Below are positions 13,576 to 26,385 of a stretch of 57,984 bases of DNA, one piece after another (position 1 is the stretch's first letter; the number at the start of each line of letters is the position of its first letter). The notes beneath the pieces were generated by a model, which worked only from the letters and a program-made list of their open reading frames with translations, made no database searches and had not been told where the DNA came from. The translations under genes were made by a program, and so were the position numbers. The stretch is from Chiloscyllium plagiosum (Eukaryota): contig NC_057720.1 of the NCBI RefSeq assembly GCF_004010195.1, positions 12,757,508 to 12,815,491 on the forward strand, in the 5' to 3' direction.

Positions 13576-14042
13576 ACATGCCATAATTGAGCTGAACAAT
13601 GGTCATTGCTGTTGCTGACAACTAAATTATTTTCTGTTTCATTCAGGTATCCGTGGCAACAATAGGCAGCTTAAATGCAAGCCCAGAAGCAATAACTTCA
13701 CTTCTCTTCAGTGTTCGAATGGTGGGTACATTAACAATATTTAAAAAGCATTTGGACAAATACATGGAGAGCAAAGGGTTAGAAAGTTATGGCCAACTGC
13801 AGGGAAATGGGGTTACCGTAGATGGACATTTCGATTGGCATGGACCAGTTTGGGCCAAAGGGTCTGTCTCTGTGCTGTAAGACTCTGTGACTCTATGACA
13901 TGCCATAATTGAGCTGAACAATGGTCATTGCTGTTGCTGACAACTAAATTATTTTCTGTTTCATTCAGGTATCCGTGGCAACAATAGGCAGCTTAAATGC
14001 AAGCCCAGAAGCAATAACTTCACTTCTCTTCAGTGTTCGAAT
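13399..14042 (+). repeat. 322-bp tandem duplication spanning the CR1 tail, the PTGFR splice acceptor and the first 74 nt of the exon
   Basis: 13399-13720 matches 13721-14042 with 3 substitutions seen; GG microhomology at the junction. Confidence 0.95.
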
Positions 14043-14262
14043 GGCTGCCTGGAACCAGATCTTGGATCCCTGGGTTTATATCTTGCTTCGGAAATCAGTT
14101 CTAAAGAAAATTTGGAAAATTACGAACATGTGCATGGGGAGGCAAAACATTAGACTTCACAACTGGAACTGCAGCTCACTCCAAAGCACCATTAAGTCAG
14201 CTGCTATGGAAAGCTCACTGACTGCAGTTAAACGACAGCCAGAGATATCGAGAATAAATTAA
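13969..14262 (+). CDS. PTGFR: Prostaglandin F2-alpha (FP) receptor, last coding exon (end of TM6, TM7, C-tail; 97 aa)
   Basis: Acceptor ttttctgtttcattcag|GTA, phase 0 at the conserved prostanoid-receptor TM6 intron. RMAAWNQILDPWVYILLRK is the prostanoid TM7 signature. The tail LHNWNCSSLQSTIKSAAM resembles the FP tail as recalled. The neighbouring IFI44-family gene fits PTGFR synteny. Confidence 0.9.
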   Translation, partial: VSVATIGSLNASPEAITSLLFSVRMAAWNQILDPWVYILLRKSVLKKIWKITNMCMGRQNIRLHNWNCSSLQSTIKSAAMESSLTAVKRQPEISRIN

Positions 14263-16449
14263 ACCAAGTGAAAGTTGTCTTTAACCATGTGTTATATCAG
14301 GGCTGTCAGAGCCATAACTGGACTGTGGAGGTCTCCAAACCCTGTCAAGTCCAGCCTTCCAGCTGTTCAGCCTCAATTGTGCTTAAATTTCTCATTGGCT
14401 TACCTGTGCCCTCCTCAAGCATTGTGGGTCTGGAAGGTTTGAAAAATAAATCACAAATCACAAAACCAAGATCTGTTAGTAAAGATCTCCTGCAGAATAC
14501 ATGCAAATGAGCTGAAACATTAATTCACATTTTACTCATGGCTCATAAAGTTGTGCAATATTCACATTTGGGTACATGAAGCTAACAAGGTTGGACATCA
14601 TTACAATTTATAATTGATGTATTTGTACAGTTCACTGTAATATGTTGGAAGTTTTCATATTGATGCTGTCAGACAGATATATATGAGCTGTCTTTACCAC
14701 TTATGATTTCCATAAATATATATGCACTTTTAATCTGCTTCTCGGGCTCTGGGAGAGAAATGTTCATACAGAAATCTGTGAGCATAATTGCTGGTTTCTT
14801 TTGGAATGCAATAGCTCAAGGAGCAAGCAGTGGCTCAGCAGGCTGAATGGCCTTTTATAATTTTGTGACTTCTCATATCTGTATGACGTCCTGACATACT
14901 CCTCAACCTGTGGAAGACTTTTAACATGAAATTTAATGGGTAGACACACCAGCCTGCCAGACACAGAAAGATCCCAGTCATGGCAATGCAATGGAAGAGT
15001 TGATTTGTTTTGGCGGTGTTGGTTTAGGGAGGCCTACTCATCATGCTTCTAGGAGGATCGGCTGCTCTTTTTAAAACAGTGCCATGGGATCTTCTGCATA
15101 AAACAGGGTCCTCCTGTTAATGCAGCACTCTGCAGGTACTGCATTGTAACTTCACCTGCTCATGTTCTGGAAACATCTGAACATTGCTGGATGGAAAAAC
15201 GTAGCACAAGCTTTTTTACCTTCATTCATTAAGCTGAATCAGCATTTATTGCTCATCCCAGATTGCCCAGAAGGCAGTTGAGTGTCATCCCCATTGCTGA
15301 TGGGTCAGGAGTCACATGTAGACATGATGGATGGCAGTTTCCTTCCCCAAAGGGCATTTGTGAACTAAATGGATATTTTCCCCTGACAATTGATACACAG
15401 TCATCTGTAGACTCTTAATTCCACATTTTTGTTGAATTCACAGTCCATTTTCTGCTGTGGTGGGATTTGAACTCAGCCCCCCAAAGCAACACCAGGGTCC
15501 CTCAATGAGCAGCCCAGTGGTAATATGACTAGGCCATTGGCTCCCCTACACTGTTGACCTTACTCACAGTCACACAATACTGGAGACATTTGCTAAACAA
15601 TCTCTAGCAATCCACCTAGAACTGAACCAGGCACAAGGTGAGAAAAACTCTCAATGGCATATAGATTTGGAAATCATAGGTTCAAAGTCTTTCCAAACAT
15701 GTTACATGCACTGCACGTTATTTCTCAGACTGCTCATAACCTCCCTCATTTCTCCTGTCACTTGCTCCCAATCATTGGTCAACTCTGGAGTTTACAAATG
15801 CCTTCATGTCAGGGTTCAAGTCAATAGCACAGACATGAGTCCTTGATTTTACATGATACCATTGGCAGTCACTGTTGCCACAATGTGGCCATTGATGTTG
15901 GCTGTTGAAAGTAAGTGGTTGTACTGTTGCAATGATTCTGTGATCTGAGGGCATCGTTGAAGGGTCAATGCCCAGAAAGCAGCGAGGATTTGGAATCGAC
16001 AAACCTGCAAAGGCCTGACCTCGTACAAACCTAAAAAATATCAATGCTTTGTGATTTGGAAAAGAAAAAGACCAAAAAAAGCATGATTAGGTTTGAAAGA
16101 TTATGAAAAATCATCAAAGTTAATCACTCAAGAAGAGCAATATAGGGAAGTCATTTTCAGTTTCTGCATGTGTCTGAAGATCTACACAGACACGCTGATC
16201 ATGAAGAATCAGGCTAATAATATTTGAAGTTTGTGCTTCAGATTACAAATGGTTTTTCCTTGTAAATATTCACTCAGTATGCTTGTTTTGATACTTGCCA
16301 TATTTATTTATTTCTCTGTGAATGTAACGGCTGAGCCTAAGCTAGTGGAGCAAACCTGCTTGATGCCAACAGTGGTGGGGGGAGGGGTGGGGATGTCAAG
16401 TTGGCCACTCTTGCCACACCGCGCCTGATTTTTATTTCCATTCATTTCA

Positions 16450-16860
16450 ACGGAAGAGGCACATAAATTACATTTATGTAGTGGCTTTCACATCTGCAGG
16501 ACCATCCATAGCACGATGTAGCTCATGAAGTACTTTCAAAGTTGCAGTGTAGGATATGCCACAACCAATTTGTATGCAATGAGATTCTAACCTGATGTTG
16601 TTTGGAGGATAATTATTTCCCAGGGCACTGGGGTGAATGCACTTACTCCTTTTGTAAATAGCATCATGAGGTACTGTATTTTATATTCATTTGGGAGACT
16701 AGACATGGTTGAAGTTTAATGTCTCCTTCATAAGACACTCTCTCCAACATTGCAGCACTCCCTCAGTACTATACCGGAGTGTTCAGTTTGTATTTTGTAC
16801 TCAAGAGGTTGGAGTCAGACTGGAACCCCCAACCTCTGACTCCGAGGTCACTCAGAATGA
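16450..16860 (-). mobile_element. DeuSINE-like (SacSINE1/AmnSINE1-type) old SINE
   Basis: Reverse complement reads tRNA-like head 'tcagaggttgggggttccagtc', then Deu-domain-like 'agtactgagggagtgctgcaatgttgg...gagacattaaac'. Confidence 0.55.
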
Positions 16861-17539
16861 AAATCGTGTGCAGTGTGACGAGGCAGTCAACTTGACATAC
16901 ATGTGCTTTGCTCTTCCCTGTCTGATCAATTTCTTTTCCCGTTCTTCTGTAAGGAGGGTTAATGCGAATGAATTCTTTAAATTAAAATCACTGAGAAGAT
17001 TTTCATATGCATTGCTGTTCGTATTTTGCTCTGATCACCACCAACAGCAGCACACACCTACTGTCCTGCTCAAAATGTTGCATACACTAGAAAATCAACT
17101 TACCTTCCAGGCTAGGGGGAGAGGCTGAATAGGCTGGGGCTATTTTCCCTGTAGTATTGGAGGCTGATGGGTGACATTATAGAGGTTCGTGCAATCATGA
17201 GGGCATGGATAGGGTGAAAAGCAAGATATTTTCCTGGGGTTGGGGGAGTCCAAAACTAAAGGGTATGTTCAAGGTGAGAGGGGAAAGATTTAAAAGGGAC
17301 CTAAGGAACAACCTTTTCATGCAGAGGGTGGTGTGTGTATGGAATGAGTTGCCAGATGAAGTGGTGGTACAATTACAACATTTAAAAGGCATCTGGGCAG
17401 GCACATGAATAGGTAGGGTTTAGAATGTTATGGGCCAAGTGTTGGCAAATGGGACTAAATTAATTTAGGATATCTCGTCGGCATGGACGGGTTGGACTGA
17501 AGTTTCCATGCTGTACAACTCTTATGACTCTAGACCATA

Positions 17540-20500
17540 AAACCATCAGACACTGGAGCAAAAATTAGGCCATTCAGCTCATCAAGTCTGCTCCGCCATT
17601 CAATCATGGCGAATAAGTTTCTCTACCCCATTTTCCTGCTTTGTTCCCGTAACCTTTGATCCCTTTGGCAATCAAGAATCTATTGATCTCTGTTTTAAAT
17701 ATACTCAACGGCCTGGCCTCCACAGCCTTTTGCAGCAATGAATTTAACAGATTCATCACTCTCTGGCTGAAAAAGTTTCTCTTTATCTCTGTTGTAAAGA
17801 GTCTTCCCTTTACTCTAAGGCCATGCCCTCGGGTCCTTGTCTCTCCTACCAATGGAAACATCTTCCCAATGTCCACTCTGTCCAGGCTGTTCAGCAATCT
17901 GTAAGTTTCAATCAGATCCTCCCTCATCCTTCTAAACTCCATTGAGTATAGTCCAGGAGTCTTCAGACATTCCTCATATGTTAAACCCTTCATTCCTGGG
18001 ATCATTCCTGTGAACCTCCCCTGGACCTGCTCCAGGGCCAGTACATCCTTCCTGAGGTCTGGAAGCCAAAATTACTCAGAATACTCTAAATGTAGTCTTA
18101 CCAGAGCTTTATAAGCCCTCAGAAGTACATCCCTACTTTTATAGTCCTCTCGAGATGAGTGACAACATTGCATTTGCTTTCCTAACTACTGACTCAACCT
18201 GCAAGTTTGCTTTATAAGAGACCTGGACTAGAGCTCCCAAGTCCTTTTGCACTTCAGGTTTCTGAATTTGCTCCCCATTTAGAAAATAGTCCATGCTTCT
18301 ATTCTTCTTGCCAAAGTGCATGACCTCACACCTTCCCAAATTGTACTCCATCTGCCACTTCTCTGCCCAATGTTCTAAACTTTCCAAATTCTTCTGCAGC
18401 CTCCCCGCCTCCACAATGCTACCTGTACCCCCACCTATCTTTGTATCATTTGCAAACTTACCTAGAATGCCCTCAGTTCCTTCATCCATATCATTAACAT
18501 ATAAAATGAAAAATTGTGGACTCAACACTGACCCTTTTGGAACACCACTAGTCACTTGCTAACATCCTGAGAAGGACCCTTTTATCCCCACTCTCTTCTT
18601 TCAGCCAGACAGCCAAGGGTCTAACCATACTAGTACCTTACCTCTAACACCATGAACCAATAGACAATAGACAATAGGTGCAGGAGTAGGCCATTCTGCC
18701 CTTCGAGCCTGCACCACCATTCATTATGACCCCTTGATTCCACAATCCTTGAGAGCTCTATCCAACTCTTTATTAAATGAATCCAGAGACTGGGCCTCCA
18801 CTGCCTTCTGGGGCAGAGCTTTCCATACACCCACCACTCTCTGGGTGAAGAAGTTTCTCCTTATCTCTGTCCTTATCTCACTCAGTAGCCTTTTGTGCGG
18901 CACCTTGTCAAGGGCCTTCTGGAAATCCAGATAGATAACATCCATTGGCTCTCCTTGGTCTAACCTATTCATTGCTGGAAAAGCACAGCAGGTCAGGCAG
19001 CATCCAAGGAACAGGAGATTCGACGTTTCGGGCATAAGCCCTTCTTCAGGAATGAGGAAAGTGTATCCAGCAGGCTAAGATAAAAGGTAGGGAGGAGGGA
19101 CTTGGGGAGGGACATTGGAAATGCGATAGGTGGAGGGAGGTGTTGGGAACCACCCCGTAGCCCAACACTTCAACTCCCCCTCCCACTCCACCAAGGACAT
19201 GCAGGTCCTTGGTCTCCTCCATCGCCATACCATGGCAACACGACGGTTGGAGGAAGAGTGCCTCATCTTCCGCCTGGGAACCCTTCAACCACAAGGGATG
19301 AACTTAGATTTCTCCAGTTTCCTCATTTCCCCTCCCCCCACCTTGTCTCAGTCAACAGCAACACATTTTCAGCTCTGATCTCCAGCATCTGCAGTCCTCA
19401 CTTTCTCCTAACCTATTCATTACCTCCTCAAAAACTTTTAACAGACTGGTCAGGCATGACACCCGCTTGCTGAAACCATGCTGACTTTGCCCTATTTTAC
19501 ATGCATTTCCAAGTATTCAGAAATCTTATCTTTCACAACAGACTCCAAAATCTTATCAATGACTGAGGTCAGGCTAATTGGGCTAGATTTTCCCGTTTTT
19601 TTTTGCCTTACTCCTTTTTTCAACGAGGGGTTACAATAGTGATTTTTCAGTCTCTGGGACCCTCCCTGACTCTAGTGATTCCCGAATGATCACCATGAAA
19701 GACTTCACTATCTCTTCAGCTATCTCCTTCAGATCTCTGGGGTGTGGCCCATCTGGTCCAGGGAATTTATCCACTTTCAGACCTTTCAGCTTTTCTAGCA
19801 CCTTCTCCTTGGTGATGGCCACCATATTCATCTCTCCCCCCCCCCCCCCCCCATTCTCTTGAATTTTTGGGATATTACTCATGTCTTCCACATGAAGACT
19901 AAAACAAAGTACTTATTCAGTTCCTCCGCCATTTCTTTGTTCCCCGTTACTACTTCTCCAGCGTCATTTTCCGGAGGCCCAACGTCCATTTCTGCCTCTC
20001 TTTTTTGCCCCTTATATATCTAAAGAAACTCTTGCAATCTTTTCTAATATTACTGGCTTGCTTACCCTCATATTTAATCTTTTCCCTCCTTATTTCTTCC
20101 TTCGTTGTCCTCTATTGGTTTTGTAAGCTTCCCAATCCTTTGGCTTCCTTCGCCACATTATGTGCTTCCCTTTTGCTTTTATGCCATCCCTGACTTCCCT
20201 GGTCAGCCATGGTTGCCTCATCCTCCCTCTGGTATGCTCCTTTTTCCTCTGGATGAATTTTTGTTGTGTTTCCCAAATTAACCCTTTTCTTGTGATCTAC
20301 TACTGACCTGATTTTCCCAGTCCACCAGCATATTGAAATCCTCCATGATCACCGTAACCTTGCCTTTCTTACATGGCTTCTCTACCTCTCGGTGCATCTT
20401 GTGCCCCAAGTCCTGACTACTTTGGGGCCGAAATCCCATTATGGGTTTTTGTTTTAGCTTTGCGGTTCCTCAAGTCTACCCACACAAATTCTACATCATC

Positions 20501-21360
20501 TGACCCTATTTTGTTTATTGCTACTGATTTAATTTCATTTCTTTCTAATAAGGCAACTCCACCCGCTTTGCCCACCTCCTGTCTTTTCAATAGGATGTAT
20601 ATCCTTGGACATTTGGCTCCCAGTCCTGATCCCCTTGCAGCTGCTTCTCTGTGATGCCCACCACGTCATACTTGCCAATTTTGATCTGCATCACAAGCTC
20701 ATTTACCTTATTGTGTATACTGCCCGCATTCAGATACAACACCTTCAGTCCTGTATTGACTGGCCCTCTTCTTCTTGCCATTTGTTTATTCAGTATGTTT
20801 GAAGTTTGATTTCTAATCCTTTGCAGACACTCTGTTCTGTTTTGTGTGTTGGAGACTTTAATAATCTCTCCTTAATTTTCCTTTCTTTTCATACTTTTCC
20901 ATGCAGTTGAATCCACCCTCACAGATGTTAATGTGCAGCTTTGCTTCCAGTTGGTCTTGTTCCCTTCACCCCCACCAGCCTTTTCTCTAGAACACTGGCC
21001 CCAGCTCAGTTCAGGTGGAGAGCACAGATCCCTCCTGTTCCAATACTGATATTATGCCCTATGAAAAGGAACCTTTCTTCCCCACACCACTCATTTAGCC
21101 ATGTGTTTACTTTCCTTATTCTCAAGTTTCTTTGCCAATTTGCACGTGGCTTGGGCAGTAATCCAGAGACTTTGACCCTTGAGGACCTATTCTTTAATTT
21201 AATTCCCAGTTCCTGATAATCCCTAAACAGGACCTCTTTCCTAGCCTTGCCTATGTTGATTGTCCCAACGTGGACCACAACAACTGCATCCTCCCCATCC
21301 CGCTCCAATATCCTTTCAGAGACGTCCCGCACCCAGGCACTAGGCAGACCGTCCACTATG
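17540..21360 (-). mobile_element. Long decayed CR1 LINE (ORF1 esterase, endonuclease, RT, 3' UTR) with nested insertions
   Basis: ORF1 VVVHVGTINIG...SGLLP (21006-21356); endonuclease start LKVLYLNAGSIHNK (20587-20781); PGPDGPHPR; DVIYLDFQKA; TSGVPKGSVL...KFANDTK. Confidence 0.9.
18974..19407. mobile_element. Rearranged Penelope-like (Neptune-type) fragment with family A ends
   Basis: ORF 19130-19378 PVAQHFNSPSHS...RRLEEECLIFRLGTLQPQGMN is a PLE GIY-YIG-region C-terminus; TSD ctaacctattcatt at 18960-18973 and 19408-19421. Confidence 0.8.
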
Positions 21361-21879
21361 TGGGACTCTTAATCCGGCTTGCAATGACTTTATGACTATA
21401 CGAGTGTCCATTTGGTAAATGTCTTACTCAGTATAGTGTCTCCCTGATATAATGTTCACGCAATCTACTGCACTTTTGGTATAGTGTCCAAATGATCAAA
21501 TTATCTGGAAAGCATCAACACAACATTGACTATTTATGCTTAAAGTCTAGCTTCCATCTGACTGTGCCTTCAACTCAATGCCTTATCCATTGAAGGAAAG
21601 CAGCCAAAATGATTCCTGGGGTCTGGTTCCCCAGTACAATTCCCTCCCACCTCATAATCCAAAAGTTTGGCCTCATTTCTGATGAAGGCCTTACACCCGA
21701 AATGTCGATTCTCCTGCTCCTCGGATGCTGCCTGACGTGCTGTACTTCTCCAGCACTACACTCTCGACTCTGATCTCCAGCATTTGCAGTCCTCACTTTC
21801 TCCCATCTGATAACACTTAGTTTCTGCCATTCATTTTCCAACATCTCATTACTCCCATCACGAGATACTCCCCTCAGTC

Positions 21880-23070
21880 ACCAGTCACTATGTTGGTGTA
21901 AAACTGGCAGAGCAGATTGTCTGACTATAATATGAGCATAACCATGAAAACAAGGTGGACACTATACCAAGTAGAAACTATATGAGATGGTCACTAGGTC
22001 AGGTGGACAATATACCAAAAGGCCACTATATGATGTGGTCACTATGTAAGATGGACACCATAACAAGGGGTCACTTATACTAAGAGTGCATTCTAGTTAG
22101 CAGACACTAAATCAGGGAGACACAGTGAACAAGAAATTTATCAAATGGACAATATACACGTAAGTACAATACCAGGTTCACTCGATAATGGGTAGGGAGT
22201 ATAATAGGTGAACACTATCATGGTGAACACTATAATAGATGGACATTTTAATGGAAGGACATTATCATGGGTGGACACTATAATGAATAGACACTATAGT
22301 GGGTGTATGTTATAAATGGTAGGTATTACATTTTATAGATGCTATAGCAGATGGACACGATAGTAGGTGGACTCTATAATGGTTGGACACTATAGTGGGT
22401 GTATACTATACTAGGTGGACACTATCACATGGACACTGTTATGGGTGGACATTACACCAGATGGAAATTATACCCTAGTGGTTCTATACCAGGTGGACAC
22501 TCTTTCAAGATGGCATATGGTGGAAAGTTATAATGGTAAACAGTATAGTAGGTGGGCATTATAATGGGTGAACACTATAAAGGGTGTACTCTATCACAGT
22601 TGAAAACTATACTGAGTGGGCACTATAATAAGTAGACACTACATTGAGTGGACACAATAGTGGATGGACACTACCAGCTAGATACGATAATGGATGGTTA
22701 TTATACCATAGAATCTTTACAGTGTGGAAACAGGCCCTTCATCCCAACAAGTCCACTCCAACCCTCTGAAGAGTAACCTACCCAGACCCATTCCCCTACC
22801 CTGACTAATGAATCTAACTGACACATCCCTGTACACTATGGGCAACTTAGCATGGCCAATTCACCTAACCTGCACATGTTTGGATTGTGGGAGGGAACTC
22901 ACACAGACAAAGAGAGAATGTGCAAACTCCACACAGATAGTCACCTGAGGCTGGAATCGAACCCAGATCCCTGGCGCTGTGGGGCAACAGTATGAACCAC
23001 TGAGCTACCGTGCCGCCCATACCAGATGGATACTAATCCATGGTGGTTCCATACCAGATGGATACTCTGC
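21880..23070 (+). repeat. Degenerate minisatellite (core GGTGGACACTATA, about 19-21 bp period), interrupted by a SINE
   Basis: Dozens of 'ggacactata'-like cores; a related array at about 25600-26060. Confidence 0.8.
22708..23018 (-). mobile_element. tRNA-derived V-SINE (HE1-like)
   Basis: Reverse complement: gggcggcacggtagctcagtgg...gggttcgattcc...gtggagtttgcacattct. Confidence 0.85.
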
Positions 23071-23133
23071 CAAAACATCAGCTCGTGACCCTGCTTGGGC
23101 TCCTGACCCCTATTCCTGACCCCTATGTAGCTA

Positions 23134-23558
23134 TTGGGCTATAACTTGCACATTATGCAATTTCTGCTATTTGAAGGAGAGTCCGCATATGATATATGGG
23201 AGGCTTTCAAAGATAGGTTGAAGATTGTGCAGGATAGGCATGTCCCTTTGAAAACAAGGGCGAGGAAAGGCAAGATTCGTGAACCGTGGATGACAGGAGA
23301 AATCATGAGACTAGCCAAGAGGAAAAGGAAAGCATACATAAAGTCTAGGCAGCTAAGAACAGAACGGGCCTGGGAGGAATATCAGGAGAGTAGGACCAAT
23401 CTTAGACGAGGAATCAAGCGGGCTAAAAGGGGTCATGAAATAATTTTAGCAAGCCGAATGAAGGGGAATCTCAAGGCCTTTTATTTTTATATAAGAAGCA
23501 AGAAGATAACCAGAGAAAGGATTGATCCACTAAAGGATAAGGAAGGAAGGTTGTGTGT
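23134..23558 (+). mobile_element. CR1 ORF2 linker fragment abutting the gap
   Basis: WEAFK...QDRHVPLK...EPWMT...KAFYFYIRSK. Confidence 0.8.
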
Positions 23559-24058
23559 NNNNNNNNNNNNNNNNNNNNNNNNNNNNNNNNNNNNNNNNNN
23601 NNNNNNNNNNNNNNNNNNNNNNNNNNNNNNNNNNNNNNNNNNNNNNNNNNNNNNNNNNNNNNNNNNNNNNNNNNNNNNNNNNNNNNNNNNNNNNNNNNNN
23701 NNNNNNNNNNNNNNNNNNNNNNNNNNNNNNNNNNNNNNNNNNNNNNNNNNNNNNNNNNNNNNNNNNNNNNNNNNNNNNNNNNNNNNNNNNNNNNNNNNNN
23801 NNNNNNNNNNNNNNNNNNNNNNNNNNNNNNNNNNNNNNNNNNNNNNNNNNNNNNNNNNNNNNNNNNNNNNNNNNNNNNNNNNNNNNNNNNNNNNNNNNNN
23901 NNNNNNNNNNNNNNNNNNNNNNNNNNNNNNNNNNNNNNNNNNNNNNNNNNNNNNNNNNNNNNNNNNNNNNNNNNNNNNNNNNNNNNNNNNNNNNNNNNNN
24001 NNNNNNNNNNNNNNNNNNNNNNNNNNNNNNNNNNNNNNNNNNNNNNNNNNNNNNNNNN
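23559..24058. other. Assembly gap (500 N)
   Basis: Run of N. Confidence 1.
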
Positions 24059-24366
24059 TTACACAGCATTATCCATTTTACAACTCAAAGATGGACAGAT
24101 ACTGTTCAAACACCTATCATGTGTCTGTACTTGGACTCACAATTTTCTGACCCAGTGACGAGAGTGTTGCTGACTGAGACCTGACTACAACAAGTGCCTC
24201 ATTCCTTGGTGGGATGTTACTGTTCCTGTTTCTTTTGTTTATGGGAGTCTATCCTGCAGTATGACTATAGTTGGTCCAACATGCTCCAGGCAAAACATTT
24301 TCTACTCTATCCTGTCCTCTTCTTCCAAAGACCTGGCTACTGTTCCAAGAATGACTCTCTCACCGT

Positions 24367-24640
24367 GGGTGGCACGGTGACACAGCAGTTAGCACTGCTG
24401 CCTTACAGTGCCAGAGACCCGGGTTCAATTCCCACCTCAGGCAACTCTCCGTGTGGAGTTTGCACGTTCTCCCTGTGTCTACATGGGTTTCCTGTGGGTG
24501 CTCTGGTTTCCGAAAATGTGTAGGTTAGGTGAATTGGCTCTGCTAAATTGCCTGTAGTGTTAGATGTAGGGGAATGGGTCTGTATGGGTTGTGCTTCGGC
24601 GGGTCAGTGTGGACTTGCTTCCACGCTGTAAATAATCTAA
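24367..24640 (+). mobile_element. tRNA-derived V-SINE (HE1-like)
   Basis: A/B boxes; V-domain 'gtggagtttgcacgttctccc'; 'aatctaatc' tail. Confidence 0.85.
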
Positions 24641-24962
24641 TCGAAATTGGAGACTTATTCCTGTTGAGGCACAGTTGTAATTGCCAGCAGCCTACTCAAC
24701 CATGGAATGGAAATGGTTACGTCTTTGATAGGGACTCTGACTTCACTCTGAGTTAAACGTCTTGAGCTTCATCTCAGAAGCAGTCCACATTCTCCACAGC
24801 AATTTGCTTTTACGAACTCCTTCAACAAGGTAAGGGACCACTGTGACGATCCCGTCACATTAACAAGGTTATTTTGCCCTTGGGTTTTTTTTCCAAGAGA
24901 TGTTATAAAGGAAGAGGTGCCAAAATGTCTGGAAATGTGCATATTGACAATGGCAGGGGAGT

Positions 24963-25169
24963 TGAGAGTGCGGTGCTGGAAAAGTGCAGCAGGTCAGGCA
25001 GCATCTGAGGAGCAGGAGAGTCGACGTTTTGGGCATAAGCCTTTCCTGATGAAGGGCCTATGCCTGAAACGTCGATTTTCCTGCCCTTGGAAGTCGCCTG
25101 ACCTGCTGTGCTTTTCCAGCACCACACTTTTGACTCTGATCTCCAGCATCTGCAATCTTCACTTTCTCC
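24963..25169. mobile_element. Palindromic Penelope-derived element (family A)
   Basis: Inverted arms; TSD caatgg(c/t)aggggagt at 24948-24962 and 25170-25184. Confidence 0.75.
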
Positions 25170-26308
25170 CAATGGTAGGGGAGTGGTCAGTTCTCCCAGT
25201 TCAAGTTATTTTTCTGGATTGGGTTAGCTATAACAATATAAAATAAAGTGTACAATAATAGAGGGCAGCAAAAAAAAGCAAAGAGACCTACATTGTAGGG
25301 ACCAGACCCTTTGGGTTGTCCCCAACTCGTCCACGCTGACCAGACATCTTAAATCAATCTTTTCCCATCTGCCAGCATTTGGCCCATATCCCTCTAAACC
25401 TCGAAACCCTTCCTATTCATATACCCATTTGGATGCCTTTTAAATGTTGTAATTGTACAATCTCCACTATCTCCTCTGCCAGTTCATTCCATATATGTAA
25501 CACCTTCAGTATGAAAATGCTGCCCCTTAGATCCCTTTTAAACCTTTTCCCTCTCACCTTAAACCTATGCCCTCTGGCTTGGTTTCCTTGGTTATTATGG
25601 TGTCAGATGGGTACCTCAAATTGTCAAGCTCCGTGGTAAGAAGGATGAACTGTGTACTATACCAAGATGGCACTGCACCAGATGGACACTGCATAAAGAT
25701 GGCACTATATCAGATGGATACTATACAAGATGGAACTGTATTTGGTGGACATTATACCATGATAGAACTGAACCAGGCGGACACTATAATGGGGGGGACA
25801 GTGTAACAGGTGGGATCGATATTGGGAGGGGAATTTACCAGATATACACTGCACTGTGATGTGTTGTATATTTGGTAGGAGCTTTAGCAGACGTGCACTT
25901 CATCGGGAGTGCCTTTTATTGGATGGACACTATATCAATTGGCACTGTATTGAGTGGGTGCTACTCCTGGCCAGTATTACATCAGGCGGATTCTAAAGCT
26001 GGCACGTGTCTTACCAGCTGGGTACTCTCCCAGGTGAATTCCTCTTGTGGTATATAACTCAGGGTGGCATCAAGTGGTGAATGAGACATGCAGTCTCCAC
26101 ACTCTGTGATGCCTCAATTGTTTTGTGTGAGCCTACATTCTTCAGTCGGGGGTTCTGTTGTCTCCAGGATAATGTGTGGATCCACGGGCAGAATCATTTC
26201 CAAAAGCTTTCCCACTGATTCCCTGCGTCCAGCTCAGTATTTAAAAGAAATTGATGCCAGGATATGGTCACCAGTTGCAAAGGTAGTGTTTGTGATCTAT
26301 GTTCCCCC

Positions 26309-26385
26309 CATCCCCTGAGGATACATCCCCTGAGGATACATCCCCTGAGGATACATCCCCTGAGGATACATCCCCTGAGGATACA
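26309..26385 (+). repeat. Perfect tandem repeat (CATCCCCTGAGGATA)x5
   Basis: Five identical 15-bp units. Confidence 0.97.

Noticed and set aside
13969..14262. Alternative identity as TBXA2R, PTGER1 or PTGER3
   Set aside because: The TM7 motif is shared, but tail similarity and IFI44 adjacency favour PTGFR
21880..23070. Repeat-spacer-like periodicity suggesting a CRISPR array
   Set aside because: Units are degenerate and contiguous with no unique fixed-length spacers; vertebrate context; no cas genes
23134..24184. Long ORFs of 179-338 aa
   Set aside because: They are open only because they span the 500-N gap; the real part is a CR1 fragment
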